In this document: positions 56,075-64,000 of the stretch, piece after piece
Layout of the letters: each line of letters opens with the position of its first letter
Numbering within the stretch: the first letter of the stretch is position 1
Assembly (NCBI GenBank): GCA_037143335.1
Contig: JBAWZA010000013.1
Span: 9,208 to 73,207 of the forward strand
Source: a bacterium
GTDB lineage: Bacteria > Bacteroidota > Ignavibacteria > Palsa-1295
Direction: 5' to 3'
DNA length: 64,000 nt
Translations under genes and position numbers: made by a program
The notes under the pieces: model-generated
Databases searched by the model: none
Told to the model about the DNA's origin: nothing
What the model saw: the letters and a program-made list of their open reading frames with translations, nothing else

Positions 56075-57859
56075 CTATTTCCTCGCAACGGTGAACCATC
56101 CGAAATAGAGCGATACACCGAGGTTGAGATGTGTGAAGACGATTGGATCATCAGGAGTACTGAAATCGAATCCTTGCGGCGGAGTTTCACCGGAAAAAAG
56201 AAATGCCGCACCGATTTGGGCGAAAGGAGTAAGGATAAAGTTATCGCCAAGCTCGAAATCATATCGAGCACCGAAAAGTGTCATTATGCCACCTCTGGTA
56301 AAAGAAGCCTTATACGTTTGATTTGCGCCAATCACAGGCGGCGCTCCAGTAAGGGAGGAATCGACAGTATGATATTCTTGCGTATTTCTAATTGTCGTTC
56401 GAAGGTATCCCAGTCCTATATAAAATTTAAGTGGGCTTCGGGGATTTACAACGAAGCGTAAATCGAAATCTAAAAATGTCGTTGCCATCTCTTCGTGAGT
56501 CGGCACTAAATAGTGCTTTGGTGGCAGTGATCCAACGGGCGGTGCTGTTAGATCAGATTTGTACAGACCATCGCGAGTAAGATCATCATTGAAAGCGAAC
56601 GAGCTATACGAAAAATCGAAATCAATCCCGCGAGTTATGGCAGTACCAATAGAAAACGAACTTGCAAATACCGATGTCGGCGCAAGTGATAGCCGATTCA
56701 ATTGGGTAACAGCCGATACATTTCCAATGCCACCACCGGCGCCTATACCAATTGCTTTCCATACTATTGGAGTCTTGAGGCGTTCGCGGTAACGCTCTTC
56801 GTCAGCTAATTTTTCGACAGCTCTGATAGAGTCTCTTCTATTCTGCTCCATCGCAGCTCGAATCTGTTCCTCTTGTTCATGTTGCGCTGTTCGGATGGAG
56901 TCCCGGCGACGTTCTTCTTGGGCGCGAAGTAATTCATCGCGTTGCTTCTTAATAATCTCTTCGGCTTCGCGACGGTCACGTGTCAAGACTGAGTCAGGTG
57001 GTTTTCCTCCGACCTGAGCATGGATAGTGGTTACTGCTATCGAAGACACAATCATTAGCAACACTGCCAGTAGTGTTGGCAAAAAAAGTCTTTTGGCGTT
57101 CTGCGTTGTCAACGTCATTATTTCTTGAATATCCTTCTTTTTTATCTCTGCAATTTTTTTTGCGACAAGTCCGACGTATTCGGGCATATTACGTTTGCCA
57201 CGATAGGGAACGGGTGCAAGGTAAGGTGAATCGGTTTCTATAAGCATTCTATCGTCAGGAGTCTCCAGGACAACATCGCTTAATTTCGAATTCTTGAACG
57301 TAATATTACCCGTATAACTAACACAAAAACCAAGCGAAACGGCTCTTTTCATTTGCTCAACCGTACCGGAAAAACAGTGAAATTGACCGAAATTATCGGC
57401 ATTGTCACTTTTTTTATAATACCTTCCCAGGATTTCAATTGTTTCATCAATGGAATCGCGGGTATGAATAATAATTGGCTTCCGCAGTTTTTGTGCCAGT
57501 TGTATCTGCTCCCCAAATGCTTTTATTTGCTGATCCTTCGGGCAAAAATCGTAGAAATAATCCAATCCGATTTCCCCAATCGCGACGATTTTCTTGTTCG
57601 TTTCGACTTCTGCCATGATTCTATCACGTACGCCCTCATTCCACTCGGCGGCACTATGAGGATGAATCCCTAACCCACAGAAAATATTTTCATGCTCATT
57701 GGCAATTCGGAGGGTGGCATCAAAACTCTGGAAATCAATTGCGGGGACGATAAAATGCGATACTCCTGCCCGCATCGCATCAGCAATAGCCTTCTCGCGG
57801 TCGGAGTCGAACTGCTCTGTTTGGATATGACAATGTGTATCTATCATCAAGGGGATCAA
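56075..57859 (-). CDS. tatD: TatD-family hydrolase fused in frame to a signal-peptide-like TM, a charged coiled-coil and a beta-rich domain
   Basis: The N-terminal ~260 aa is MIDTHCHI...IGEIGLDY...IIHTRDS...ETDSPYL...NAKRLF. Then come LPTLLAVLLMIVSSIAVTTIHAQ, an R/E-rich helix and a beta-rich ~230 aa. Confidence 0.75.
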   Translation of the reverse strand: MIPLMIDTHCHIQTEQFDSDREKAIADAMRAGVSHFIVPAIDFQSFDATLRIANEHENIFCGLGIHPHSAAEWNEGVRDRIMAEVETNKKIVAIGEIGLDYFYDFCPKDQQIKAFGEQIQLAQKLRKPIIIHTRDSIDETIEILGRYYKKSDNADNFGQFHCFSGTVEQMKRAVSLGFCVSYTGNITFKNSKLSDVVLETPDDRMLIETDSPYLAPVPYRGKRNMPEYVGLVAKKIAEIKKKDIQEIMTLTTQNAKRLFLPTLLAVLLMIVSSIAVTTIHAQVGGKPPDSVLTRDRREAEEIIKKQRDELLRAQEERRRDSIRTAQHEQEEQIRAAMEQNRRDSIRAVEKLADEERYRERLKTPIVWKAIGIGAGGGIGNVSAVTQLNRLSLAPTSVFASSFSIGTAITRGIDFDFSYSSFAFNDDLTRDGLYKSDLTAPPVGSLPPKHYLVPTHEEMATTFLDFDLRFVVNPRSPLKFYIGLGYLRTTIRNTQEYHTVDSSLTGAPPVIGANQTYKASFTRGGIMTLFGARYDFELGDNFILTPFAQIGAAFLFSGETPPQGFDFSTPDDPIVFTHLNLGVSLYFGWFTVARK

Positions 57860-60042
57860 AAATTCGTTTCGACTCTGAATGAAAAATTTCGTATCGGTGC
57901 AAGGTTACCTACGATTTCTACGTAATAATAATTCAAAAGATTCTGTACCTGCAAGCTCAATGTAATCGGCATTTCGTTGAACCACTTCAGTTTATAGGCT
58001 ATTCGGGCATCCCAGATGTAGGCATCAGTAAGTTGATCGCCATTTGGTACTTGCTGGATGAGTATTGGGTCAACTGATTCATACCGTGAGATATACCGAA
58101 AATCGGAAGACAAGTTGAGATGTCCAATATTCGTTTCGACCCGTGATTGAAATAAATGTCGAGGGCGGAAATTCAAGATTTGTTTTGTTGTGCGGTCTCG
58201 GGGGAATACGTATGTATAGCCAAGTCGGAATAACAAATCTTCGCTCGTTAGCGGGTAAATTTCGATAACCTCTTCATGTCCGAAAAGATCCGCGGCAGTG
58301 AGGTTGTTAAATTGAATAACTGCCACGCCACGCTGCGTAATGAATTGCGCCTCAATCAGATGATCGAACGATGAATAAAAAATGGCACCATCAAGAAAGA
58401 AATGTTCTGAGCGATAACTTCCGCCAAGCTCTGCTGAATAACTTTTCTCGGGAATGAGTGTCGGATTTGGTACAACGTGAAAACCGCTGAACGTTTGATC
58501 AATATATTTTTCCCCGATAGTAGGCGATCGGAAACCGCCGCCTATCGAAGTGCGAAACGTAAGGTCAGAAGTGAGGTTGAGCGTTGCGCCGAATTTAGGA
58601 GAAATACTTCCGATTGTTCCAGAGTCGTCATAGTTTACTGCATCACCTCGCAAGCCGAGAGTGAGAATGAGTGGTGAGAGTTTATATTCAGCTTGAGCAA
58701 ATCCGCCGTACGTAATGCCGTGGTGAAGTTGGTAGAGATCAGAGGATACCGATTGATATTGCCCGACAAGTCCAGAAGTTAAGAATAAAGAGTCGGCAAT
58801 GTCGGTATTTGATTGCACATCGAGGGAATAATTAGCGGCGCTTGAGTGGGGTCCCGCGGTCGAGCCGGGGACGGAAGCATCGGTAGTGAAATTTGTGAAG
58901 AGCGCGCTCGCTTTTGAACTCAATACAAAATGTTCGCTGAGAATACTCTCGAGCGATGCAAGGATATTCCCCTTGAACGAATGAATTCGTCCGTTGACTG
59001 CACCAAGTGAATCGGCGGGTAACAGTGCATGATTGAGATCTTTCCAGTACAAGAATCCTCCGTGATTTTCATTGGCTAAAAGCACACTTGCTTCGAACCG
59101 ATCATGCGAAGAAAGTGGCGTGGTCAGTTTTGCGAAGCCACTTGATTTATAGGAGTCATCACCTAACCTATATCCTTCATTTCGTTTGAATGACATACTC
59201 CCAAGAATTCCTGTTTCGCCCACAGAGCCTGTTGCTCCGCCTTCGAGAAAAGCGAACCTACTTTGCAAACCGGGTACTTTCCATTCTGAATATTTGACGT
59301 TATCATACGCACCAATCGCCGCACTAAGTCTTCCGTGAAAATAATCTTCGGGTTTGCGTGTGATTACATTGATCACACCGCCAAGTGCGTTGGAGCCATA
59401 TAGTGCCGAGCCTGCACCTTTGACCACTTCGATGCGATCAATGTTCATGATCGGGAGTGCATCAAATTTTATATCACCGTTATCGCCCGATAAAAATGGC
59501 ATTCCATCCAGAAGAAATAAGACCCTCGATCCAACGGAGCGCGCGTATCCCGAGGAGCCACGAATGTTTATCTGAGATTCTGTTACCGAAACACCTGGGA
59601 TATAACGCAGGATGTGGTCTGCGGCTTCAGGTGAACGCTCAGTAATTTCCTCGTTGCGAACTACACTGACAGAAATAGGCACATCCTGGACGGCAGTGGT
59701 GTGGCGTTGTGCCGTGACAATAACATCTTCACCTCGGAGAGGTTGTTGTGTCAGGTAGAAAATGTACGGGAAGAAATCATTTTGGTATTCAATGATTGTA
59801 TCACGATATCCGAGCGCACTCATCCGAAAAAATTCACCGAACTGAATGCTCATGTTAAACTCACCACTTACTTTCGAAGACTGTTTACGGAGTGAGTGCT
59901 TTTCTGAATTCAAGACTTCGATGGATGCACCTGCTATTGGCTCATGCGTTTTCTTATCTAAAACGGTGCCGTGAATACTCGTTGACTGCGCCGAAGCAGA
60001 TCCAATAGGTAGGAGCAGCGATATGAATACAATGAACCTCAT
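57856..60042 (-). CDS. TonB-dependent receptor with CarboxypepD_reg-like N-domain
   Basis: Signal peptide, IHGTVLDKKTHEPIAGASIEV, a plug region (DVPISVSVV), and a barrel with the C-terminus ...FRVETNF. Confidence 0.85.
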   Translation of the reverse strand: MRFIVFISLLLPIGSASAQSTSIHGTVLDKKTHEPIAGASIEVLNSEKHSLRKQSSKVSGEFNMSIQFGEFFRMSALGYRDTIIEYQNDFFPYIFYLTQQPLRGEDVIVTAQRHTTAVQDVPISVSVVRNEEITERSPEAADHILRYIPGVSVTESQINIRGSSGYARSVGSRVLFLLDGMPFLSGDNGDIKFDALPIMNIDRIEVVKGAGSALYGSNALGGVINVITRKPEDYFHGRLSAAIGAYDNVKYSEWKVPGLQSRFAFLEGGATGSVGETGILGSMSFKRNEGYRLGDDSYKSSGFAKLTTPLSSHDRFEASVLLANENHGGFLYWKDLNHALLPADSLGAVNGRIHSFKGNILASLESILSEHFVLSSKASALFTNFTTDASVPGSTAGPHSSAANYSLDVQSNTDIADSLFLTSGLVGQYQSVSSDLYQLHHGITYGGFAQAEYKLSPLILTLGLRGDAVNYDDSGTIGSISPKFGATLNLTSDLTFRTSIGGGFRSPTIGEKYIDQTFSGFHVVPNPTLIPEKSYSAELGGSYRSEHFFLDGAIFYSSFDHLIEAQFITQRGVAVIQFNNLTAADLFGHEEVIEIYPLTSEDLLFRLGYTYVFPRDRTTKQILNFRPRHLFQSRVETNIGHLNLSSDFRYISRYESVDPILIQQVPNGDQLTDAYIWDARIAYKLKWFNEMPITLSLQVQNLLNYYYVEIVGNLAPIRNFSFRVETNF

Positions 60043-60518
60043 GGAATAAATGGCTGACGAATGAGCGTATCAAATCGGACTACTAAATCCACACCTCTTC
60101 TTTGCTCTCCAGCTTTTAGTGTGAATGTGGTTGCAGAATCTTTAGCATCATGAACAAATGCGACCACTTTCCAATCTTTGAATAAATCACCGAAATTTTG
60201 AGCGACGCCAATGTAGTGATATGTTGCATCGGGAATCACATTGAAACTATACGATGTATCTCGAAAAGAAATTGTCGAGAGCGGATAAGGGAATATCGTC
60301 GTGTTGAGTCCGCTGATGATTGATGATGATGCATAAGGCGGAGACGGTTGAACCAGTACTACGGCCAATACTTTCACCGAATCCTTCGGCACTCCGATAA
60401 AATGAATGCCACCAGAGATTGTTGCCAGTTGTGTTTGAGGGATAGGGGACAAGCCTCTATCGCAGGATAACAATAGAAATGTGATTAGGAGAAAACATGG
60501 CTTATGGTAACCTTTCAC
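60039..60518 (-). CDS. lipoprotein of unknown function, translationally coupled to the TonB-dependent receptor
   Basis: Lipobox LLLSC and a 4-nt overlap with the downstream receptor gene. Confidence 0.55.
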   Translation of the reverse strand: MKGYHKPCFLLITFLLLSCDRGLSPIPQTQLATISGGIHFIGVPKDSVKVLAVVLVQPSPPYASSSIISGLNTTIFPYPLSTISFRDTSYSFNVIPDATYHYIGVAQNFGDLFKDWKVVAFVHDAKDSATTFTLKAGEQRRGVDLVVRFDTLIRQPFIP

Positions 60519-60612
60519 TCTCGTTCTTTCTAGCTCAACGTAAAGAAACAGTTTTGCACAGTTGCAGGTTCGAATGGTTGACTAAACCGAATGCGTATTA
60601 TACTAGCAATTC

Positions 60613-61713
60613 CTACACATTAAACCTAAAGTGCATAATGTCTCCATCTTGGACTACATACTCTCTACCTTCGCTTCTCAAGAGTCCAGCCTCTTTTACA
60701 GCGGCTTCTGTTTTGAGTCGGACGATGTCTTCGTATTTCATAACTTCCGCACGAATAAATCCTTTTTCGAAATCCGTATGAATAACTCTTGCGGCTTCTG
60801 GCCCTTTAGCACCTTTGCGAACAGTCCAGGCGCGGACTTCGGTTTTGCCTGCGGTGAAATACGTTTGCAATCCGAGGAGATCGTAAGCTGCGCGAACGAC
60901 AGTATTAAGACCCGGTTCCTGCATACCAAGCTCTTTCAAAAATGCAGTCCGATCTTCCGCGGATAATTCTGCAAGCTCCATTTCGATCTTGGCGCAGATT
61001 GGGACAATTCCGGCTCCTTCGCTTTTTGCAATCGCCCTTACTTTATCAATGTAAGCATTCCCCGACTGCAATCCTTGCTCATCGGTATTAGCAATGTAGA
61101 GAATCGGCTTTCTCGTGAGCAGATGCATATCTCGCATCCACAGTGCTTCATCGTCATTTGCGACGACAAACGTTCGAGCAAGTTTTCCTTCACCAAGATG
61201 GTCATGTGCACGCTTATAGAGGTCGGCTTCAGCTTTTGCTTTTACATCTCCAGTCTTTGCTTTGCGAGCAGCACCGTCAACTTTTTTTTCAACAGTTTCA
61301 ATATCCTTGAGTATTAACTCGGCGTCAATAATTTCAATATCCCGCTGCGGATTGATAGAGCCATCAACGTGGATGACGTTGTCGTTGTCGAAACATCTTA
61401 CGACATGAAGGATAGCATCAACATCACGGATGTGCGAAAGAAATTGGTTGCCCAATCCTTCACCGGAAGCAGCACCCTTTACTAACCCAGCAATATCAAC
61501 GAACTCAATGGTTGCAGGGACTTCTTTTTCGGGTATCATGATCTGGGTCAGAACCTTTAGCCTTGAATCTGGGACGGCTACGACACCAGTATTTGGCTCA
61601 ATCGTGCAAAAAGGGTAATTCTCGGCAGCCGCCAAGTTCGATGCTGTGATCGCATTAAAAAGAGTTGACTTCCCGACATTCGGCAAGCCGACGATTCCGC
61701 ATTGTAAGCCCAT
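60613..61713 (-). CDS. ychF: ribosome-binding ATPase YchF
   Basis: The ATG at 61713 gives MGLQCGIVGLPNVGKSTLFNA. The C-terminal TGS-like block ends ...DGDIMHFRFNV. Confidence 0.9.
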   Translation of the reverse strand: MGLQCGIVGLPNVGKSTLFNAITASNLAAAENYPFCTIEPNTGVVAVPDSRLKVLTQIMIPEKEVPATIEFVDIAGLVKGAASGEGLGNQFLSHIRDVDAILHVVRCFDNDNVIHVDGSINPQRDIEIIDAELILKDIETVEKKVDGAARKAKTGDVKAKAEADLYKRAHDHLGEGKLARTFVVANDDEALWMRDMHLLTRKPILYIANTDEQGLQSGNAYIDKVRAIAKSEGAGIVPICAKIEMELAELSAEDRTAFLKELGMQEPGLNTVVRAAYDLLGLQTYFTAGKTEVRAWTVRKGAKGPEAARVIHTDFEKGFIRAEVMKYEDIVRLKTEAAVKEAGLLRSEGREYVVQDGDIMHFRFNV

Positions 61714-61907
61714 GTATATTCGTAGTAATGTTTCTTGTCGCCGATAAAACGAAGTCAAATCGGAATTGTTCCGAAAGAGGAATTATTAATTCTTCAGCTT
61801 TGTCAGTTGAGTTTGGAAGCTAATACGAACACTGGGTGAAACTCTCCGTATCTTTGCATTGCGTGGAATTACAGCCATATAAATATAACCAGACGTTCTT
61901 ATCCCGC

Positions 61908-62483
61908 ATGGAGATGGAATCCCTCTTGAAGAAGAAGGATTTTAGCGCCATTGACGTGAATCACGCTCTTGATGCGTACGAAATGGCAGAGAGTGTCCAC
62001 GAAGGTCAGAAGCGACCTGATGGTACTCCGTATTTTTGGCATCCGAGTCGTGTTGCAAAAATTGTCATTTCCGAACTCGAACTTCAGGACATCAATATCA
62101 TTTGTGCGGCGCTTCTCCATGATGTGCTTGAAGACTCGCAAGTTATCACAGGCGAGATTATCGAATATAATTTTAGCCCTTATACCAGTTACCTAGTTCA
62201 GATGCTCACAAAGGATATTAAGGCCGAGGGTATTCTGCGTGAAATTATTGAGAAGGAATATGTTGAGAGATTATCTGGTGCAACTGAAGATGCAATCCTC
62301 CTGAAGTTATGCGACAGGCTTGACACGTTTCGTTGTCTGGAGTTCAATGTGAAAAAGAATCCCATCAAGTATGTGATGGAAACGACGAAGCACTACTTTC
62401 CACTTGCTGAATCCCGAGAAAATCCGAAGATGCAATATTTAGTTAAAGAATTGCAGGCTGCGCGGAATAAATTTTTAGGCTGA
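61908..62483 (+). CDS. stand-alone HD-domain protein, small alarmone hydrolase-like (RSH hydrolase domain only)
   Basis: HEGQKRPDGTPYFWHPSRVA...AALLHDVLEDS matches the RelA/SpoT hydrolase HD signature. The start is uncertain (GTG 61836 or ATG 61908). Confidence 0.65.
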   Translation: MEMESLLKKKDFSAIDVNHALDAYEMAESVHEGQKRPDGTPYFWHPSRVAKIVISELELQDINIICAALLHDVLEDSQVITGEIIEYNFSPYTSYLVQMLTKDIKAEGILREIIEKEYVERLSGATEDAILLKLCDRLDTFRCLEFNVKKNPIKYVMETTKHYFPLAESRENPKMQYLVKELQAARNKFLG

Positions 62484-62484
62484 C

Positions 62485-63603
62485 CTAAGCAACACACCAC
62501 TGTAGTATCTCGGCATATTTCCCACACCAGTTTGCCCAATTATGGCTTTCACTGCTTTGGCGGTAGGTAACTGGATAACCCTTCTGTTGTAATGCTATTA
62601 ACATTGCTCTCGTGCCCTCGAGTGCATCATGTATAGTGCCGCTATGCAAAAAAAACTCTAGACCTAAGTTCTTACTTTTTTCGAATAACTTAACCATCTC
62701 CTGATTTGCAATCCAAAATGATCCAGATTGTACAATGATTTTTCCAAAGGTATTAGAATGTAAGAAACCGGTATATGCCGCGCAAAGTCCACCAAGTGAT
62801 GCACCCTGAATCGCACGATGCTCCGCTTTCGTTTTGATCTTCAGACGTTTTTCAACCGATTTCAATACATCCTTCGCAAGCCAATCTGCGAAATACGGAT
62901 TCATTGCATATTCAACATGCCTATCAACAGGTGGGATAAAGATCGCCGTAACTTTTGGTAACAGTGGTTGGGCGGCGTAGAGATTATCCATCACGCGATC
63001 AAAGTTGCCAATCGTAATTGCTTCGCCACCATCGAGAATAAATAGCAGACGCTTATCTTTTCGGAAATTCAATCCTTTCGGAATATACATTCGAGCTTCA
63101 CGGGATGCTATGGTATCCGTGCCTGGGAGCAGGACTGTGATCCACTTACCCTTGGGATTCGCTTTGTTCGAAGAGGTTAGATATTCTGGATTCACATACC
63201 CTGGCATTCGCAAAAAAGTATTTTTGCCGAATACTTCTTGCAGTGCATTCGGATTCAGTGGATCATTCATCGAGCCAGAGTTCTCGAGTTGAAATCTATA
63301 TGATAGCCTTGCATCAATCGGGAATTCTTTCTTAAGAAAATAAAAATCCGACTTCGGATTTATGCGGCTTAGCATATCAACCCGTGGTTGCCATTTATTC
63401 CAATCACCAGTGACGGATATTTTTTCGTCGTCAGAGGAGCGAAAAAAGAAATATGCCTTATCACCTTCGATGATCGGCGTACCGCCATCGCGTGCTATTC
63501 GCCGTTCGAGTAGTTGCTCGAATGCGAAGATTCGTTTACCGACCCGTTGCTTGCGAAGATCGGTGATAAGGCTTTCAATTGATGTATCGAATAGTTTTGA
63601 CAT
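62485..63603 (-). CDS. esterase-family alpha/beta hydrolase with N-terminal Ig/CBM-like domain (enterochelin-esterase-like)
   Basis: GASLGG nucleophile elbow and a C-terminal H in SESHNW. The N-terminal ISVTGDWNKW resembles esterase N-domains. Confidence 0.65.
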   Translation of the reverse strand: MSKLFDTSIESLITDLRKQRVGKRIFAFEQLLERRIARDGGTPIIEGDKAYFFFRSSDDEKISVTGDWNKWQPRVDMLSRINPKSDFYFLKKEFPIDARLSYRFQLENSGSMNDPLNPNALQEVFGKNTFLRMPGYVNPEYLTSSNKANPKGKWITVLLPGTDTIASREARMYIPKGLNFRKDKRLLFILDGGEAITIGNFDRVMDNLYAAQPLLPKVTAIFIPPVDRHVEYAMNPYFADWLAKDVLKSVEKRLKIKTKAEHRAIQGASLGGLCAAYTGFLHSNTFGKIIVQSGSFWIANQEMVKLFEKSKNLGLEFFLHSGTIHDALEGTRAMLIALQQKGYPVTYRQSSESHNWANWCGKYAEILQWCVA

Positions 63604-63652
63604 GAAATCTGTTTATTCCCGCCGCATAACACCGTAAACGAATAAATAATCA

Positions 63653-64000
63653 ATGGCAGAAATTTTAGCATTTATTGACGCGAACAAATCGCGATACGAA
63701 GAAGAGTTAAAAGAATTTCTTCGCATACCCTCGATCTCAACTTCACCAGAGCACAAGCCTGAAATGATGCGATGTGCCGAGTGGGTCGCCGCCGAGATGA
63801 AGCGTATTGGTTTGAATAACGTAGCTATCATGCCAACATCGGGGCATCCAGTTGTCTATGGAGATATGCTCGGAGCAGGGGAGTCAGCACACACCGTTTT
63901 ATTTTATGGTCACTACGACGTTCAACCTGTTGACCCGCTAAATCTTTGGACGAATCCACCTTTCGAGCCGACTATTGTAGGTGATAACATCTTCGCTCGT
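63653..64000 (+). CDS. M20-family dipeptidase/peptidase (5' partial, runs off the window)
   Basis: Hand translation from the ATG at 63653 gives MAEILAFIDANKSRYEEELKEFLRIPSIS...FYGHYDVQPVDPLNLWTNPPFEP. The frame stays open to position 64000. Confidence 0.8.
   Translation, partial: MAEILAFIDANKSRYEEELKEFLRIPSISTSPEHKPEMMRCAEWVAAEMKRIGLNNVAIMPTSGHPVVYGDMLGAGESAHTVLFYGHYDVQPVDPLNLWTNPPFEPTIVGDNIFAR

Noticed and set aside
1-64000. A search by eye for CRISPR arrays, rRNA, transposases/integrases, toxin-antitoxin pairs and reverse transcriptases.
   Set aside because: No regularly spaced direct repeats were seen, and no ORF has recognisable DDE/tyrosine-recombinase/RT motifs. The accessory pockets therefore lack an identifiable mobility gene in this window.

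Overview
This 64-kb chromosomal window looks like it comes from an FCB-superphylum bacterium (Ignavibacteriota/Bacteroidota-like). That placement is an inference from two T9SS C-terminal sorting domains, two CarboxypepD_reg-type TonB-dependent receptors and several GT-C/GT2 envelope glycosylation modules.

I can support about 55 protein genes, 6 tRNAs and one ribosomal protein gene (rpmG) that falls below the ORF-track cutoff. Most of the window is housekeeping:
- nth, thyX, sdhB, nuoE and nuoF
- a tRNA-Thr/Tyr/Thr/Gly - rpmG - tRNA-Trp - secE - nusG cluster
- accC, mutS2, cvpA, rsmI, obg, crcB, tRNA-Leu and greA
- ruvX, rel, tatD, ychF and a partial M20 peptidase

I recognised no rRNA, CRISPR array, transposase or integrase.

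Two pockets look accessory:
- 20.2-24.6 kb lies between nuoEF and nusG. It holds a stand-alone DUF4062-like/NACHT/TPR STAND NTPase, whose last ~600 nt look much more AT-rich. Next to it is a lectin-like repeat gene split by one in-frame TAG.
- 46.1-53.4 kb holds two unknown proteins, an AT-rich secreted ankyrin-repeat lipoprotein, a 5' remnant of purE, a small LuxR-type regulator and a 1047-aa T9SS cargo protein.

Several ORF-boundary anomalies recur:
- Two in-frame premature stops are followed by protein-like sequence, at 18197 and 23683.
- One apparent loss of a gene boundary fuses tatD to a signal-peptide-bearing beta-rich domain.
- A 22-codon signal-peptide remnant sits after the first gene.

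All family calls come from motif recognition by eye. No database search was run.
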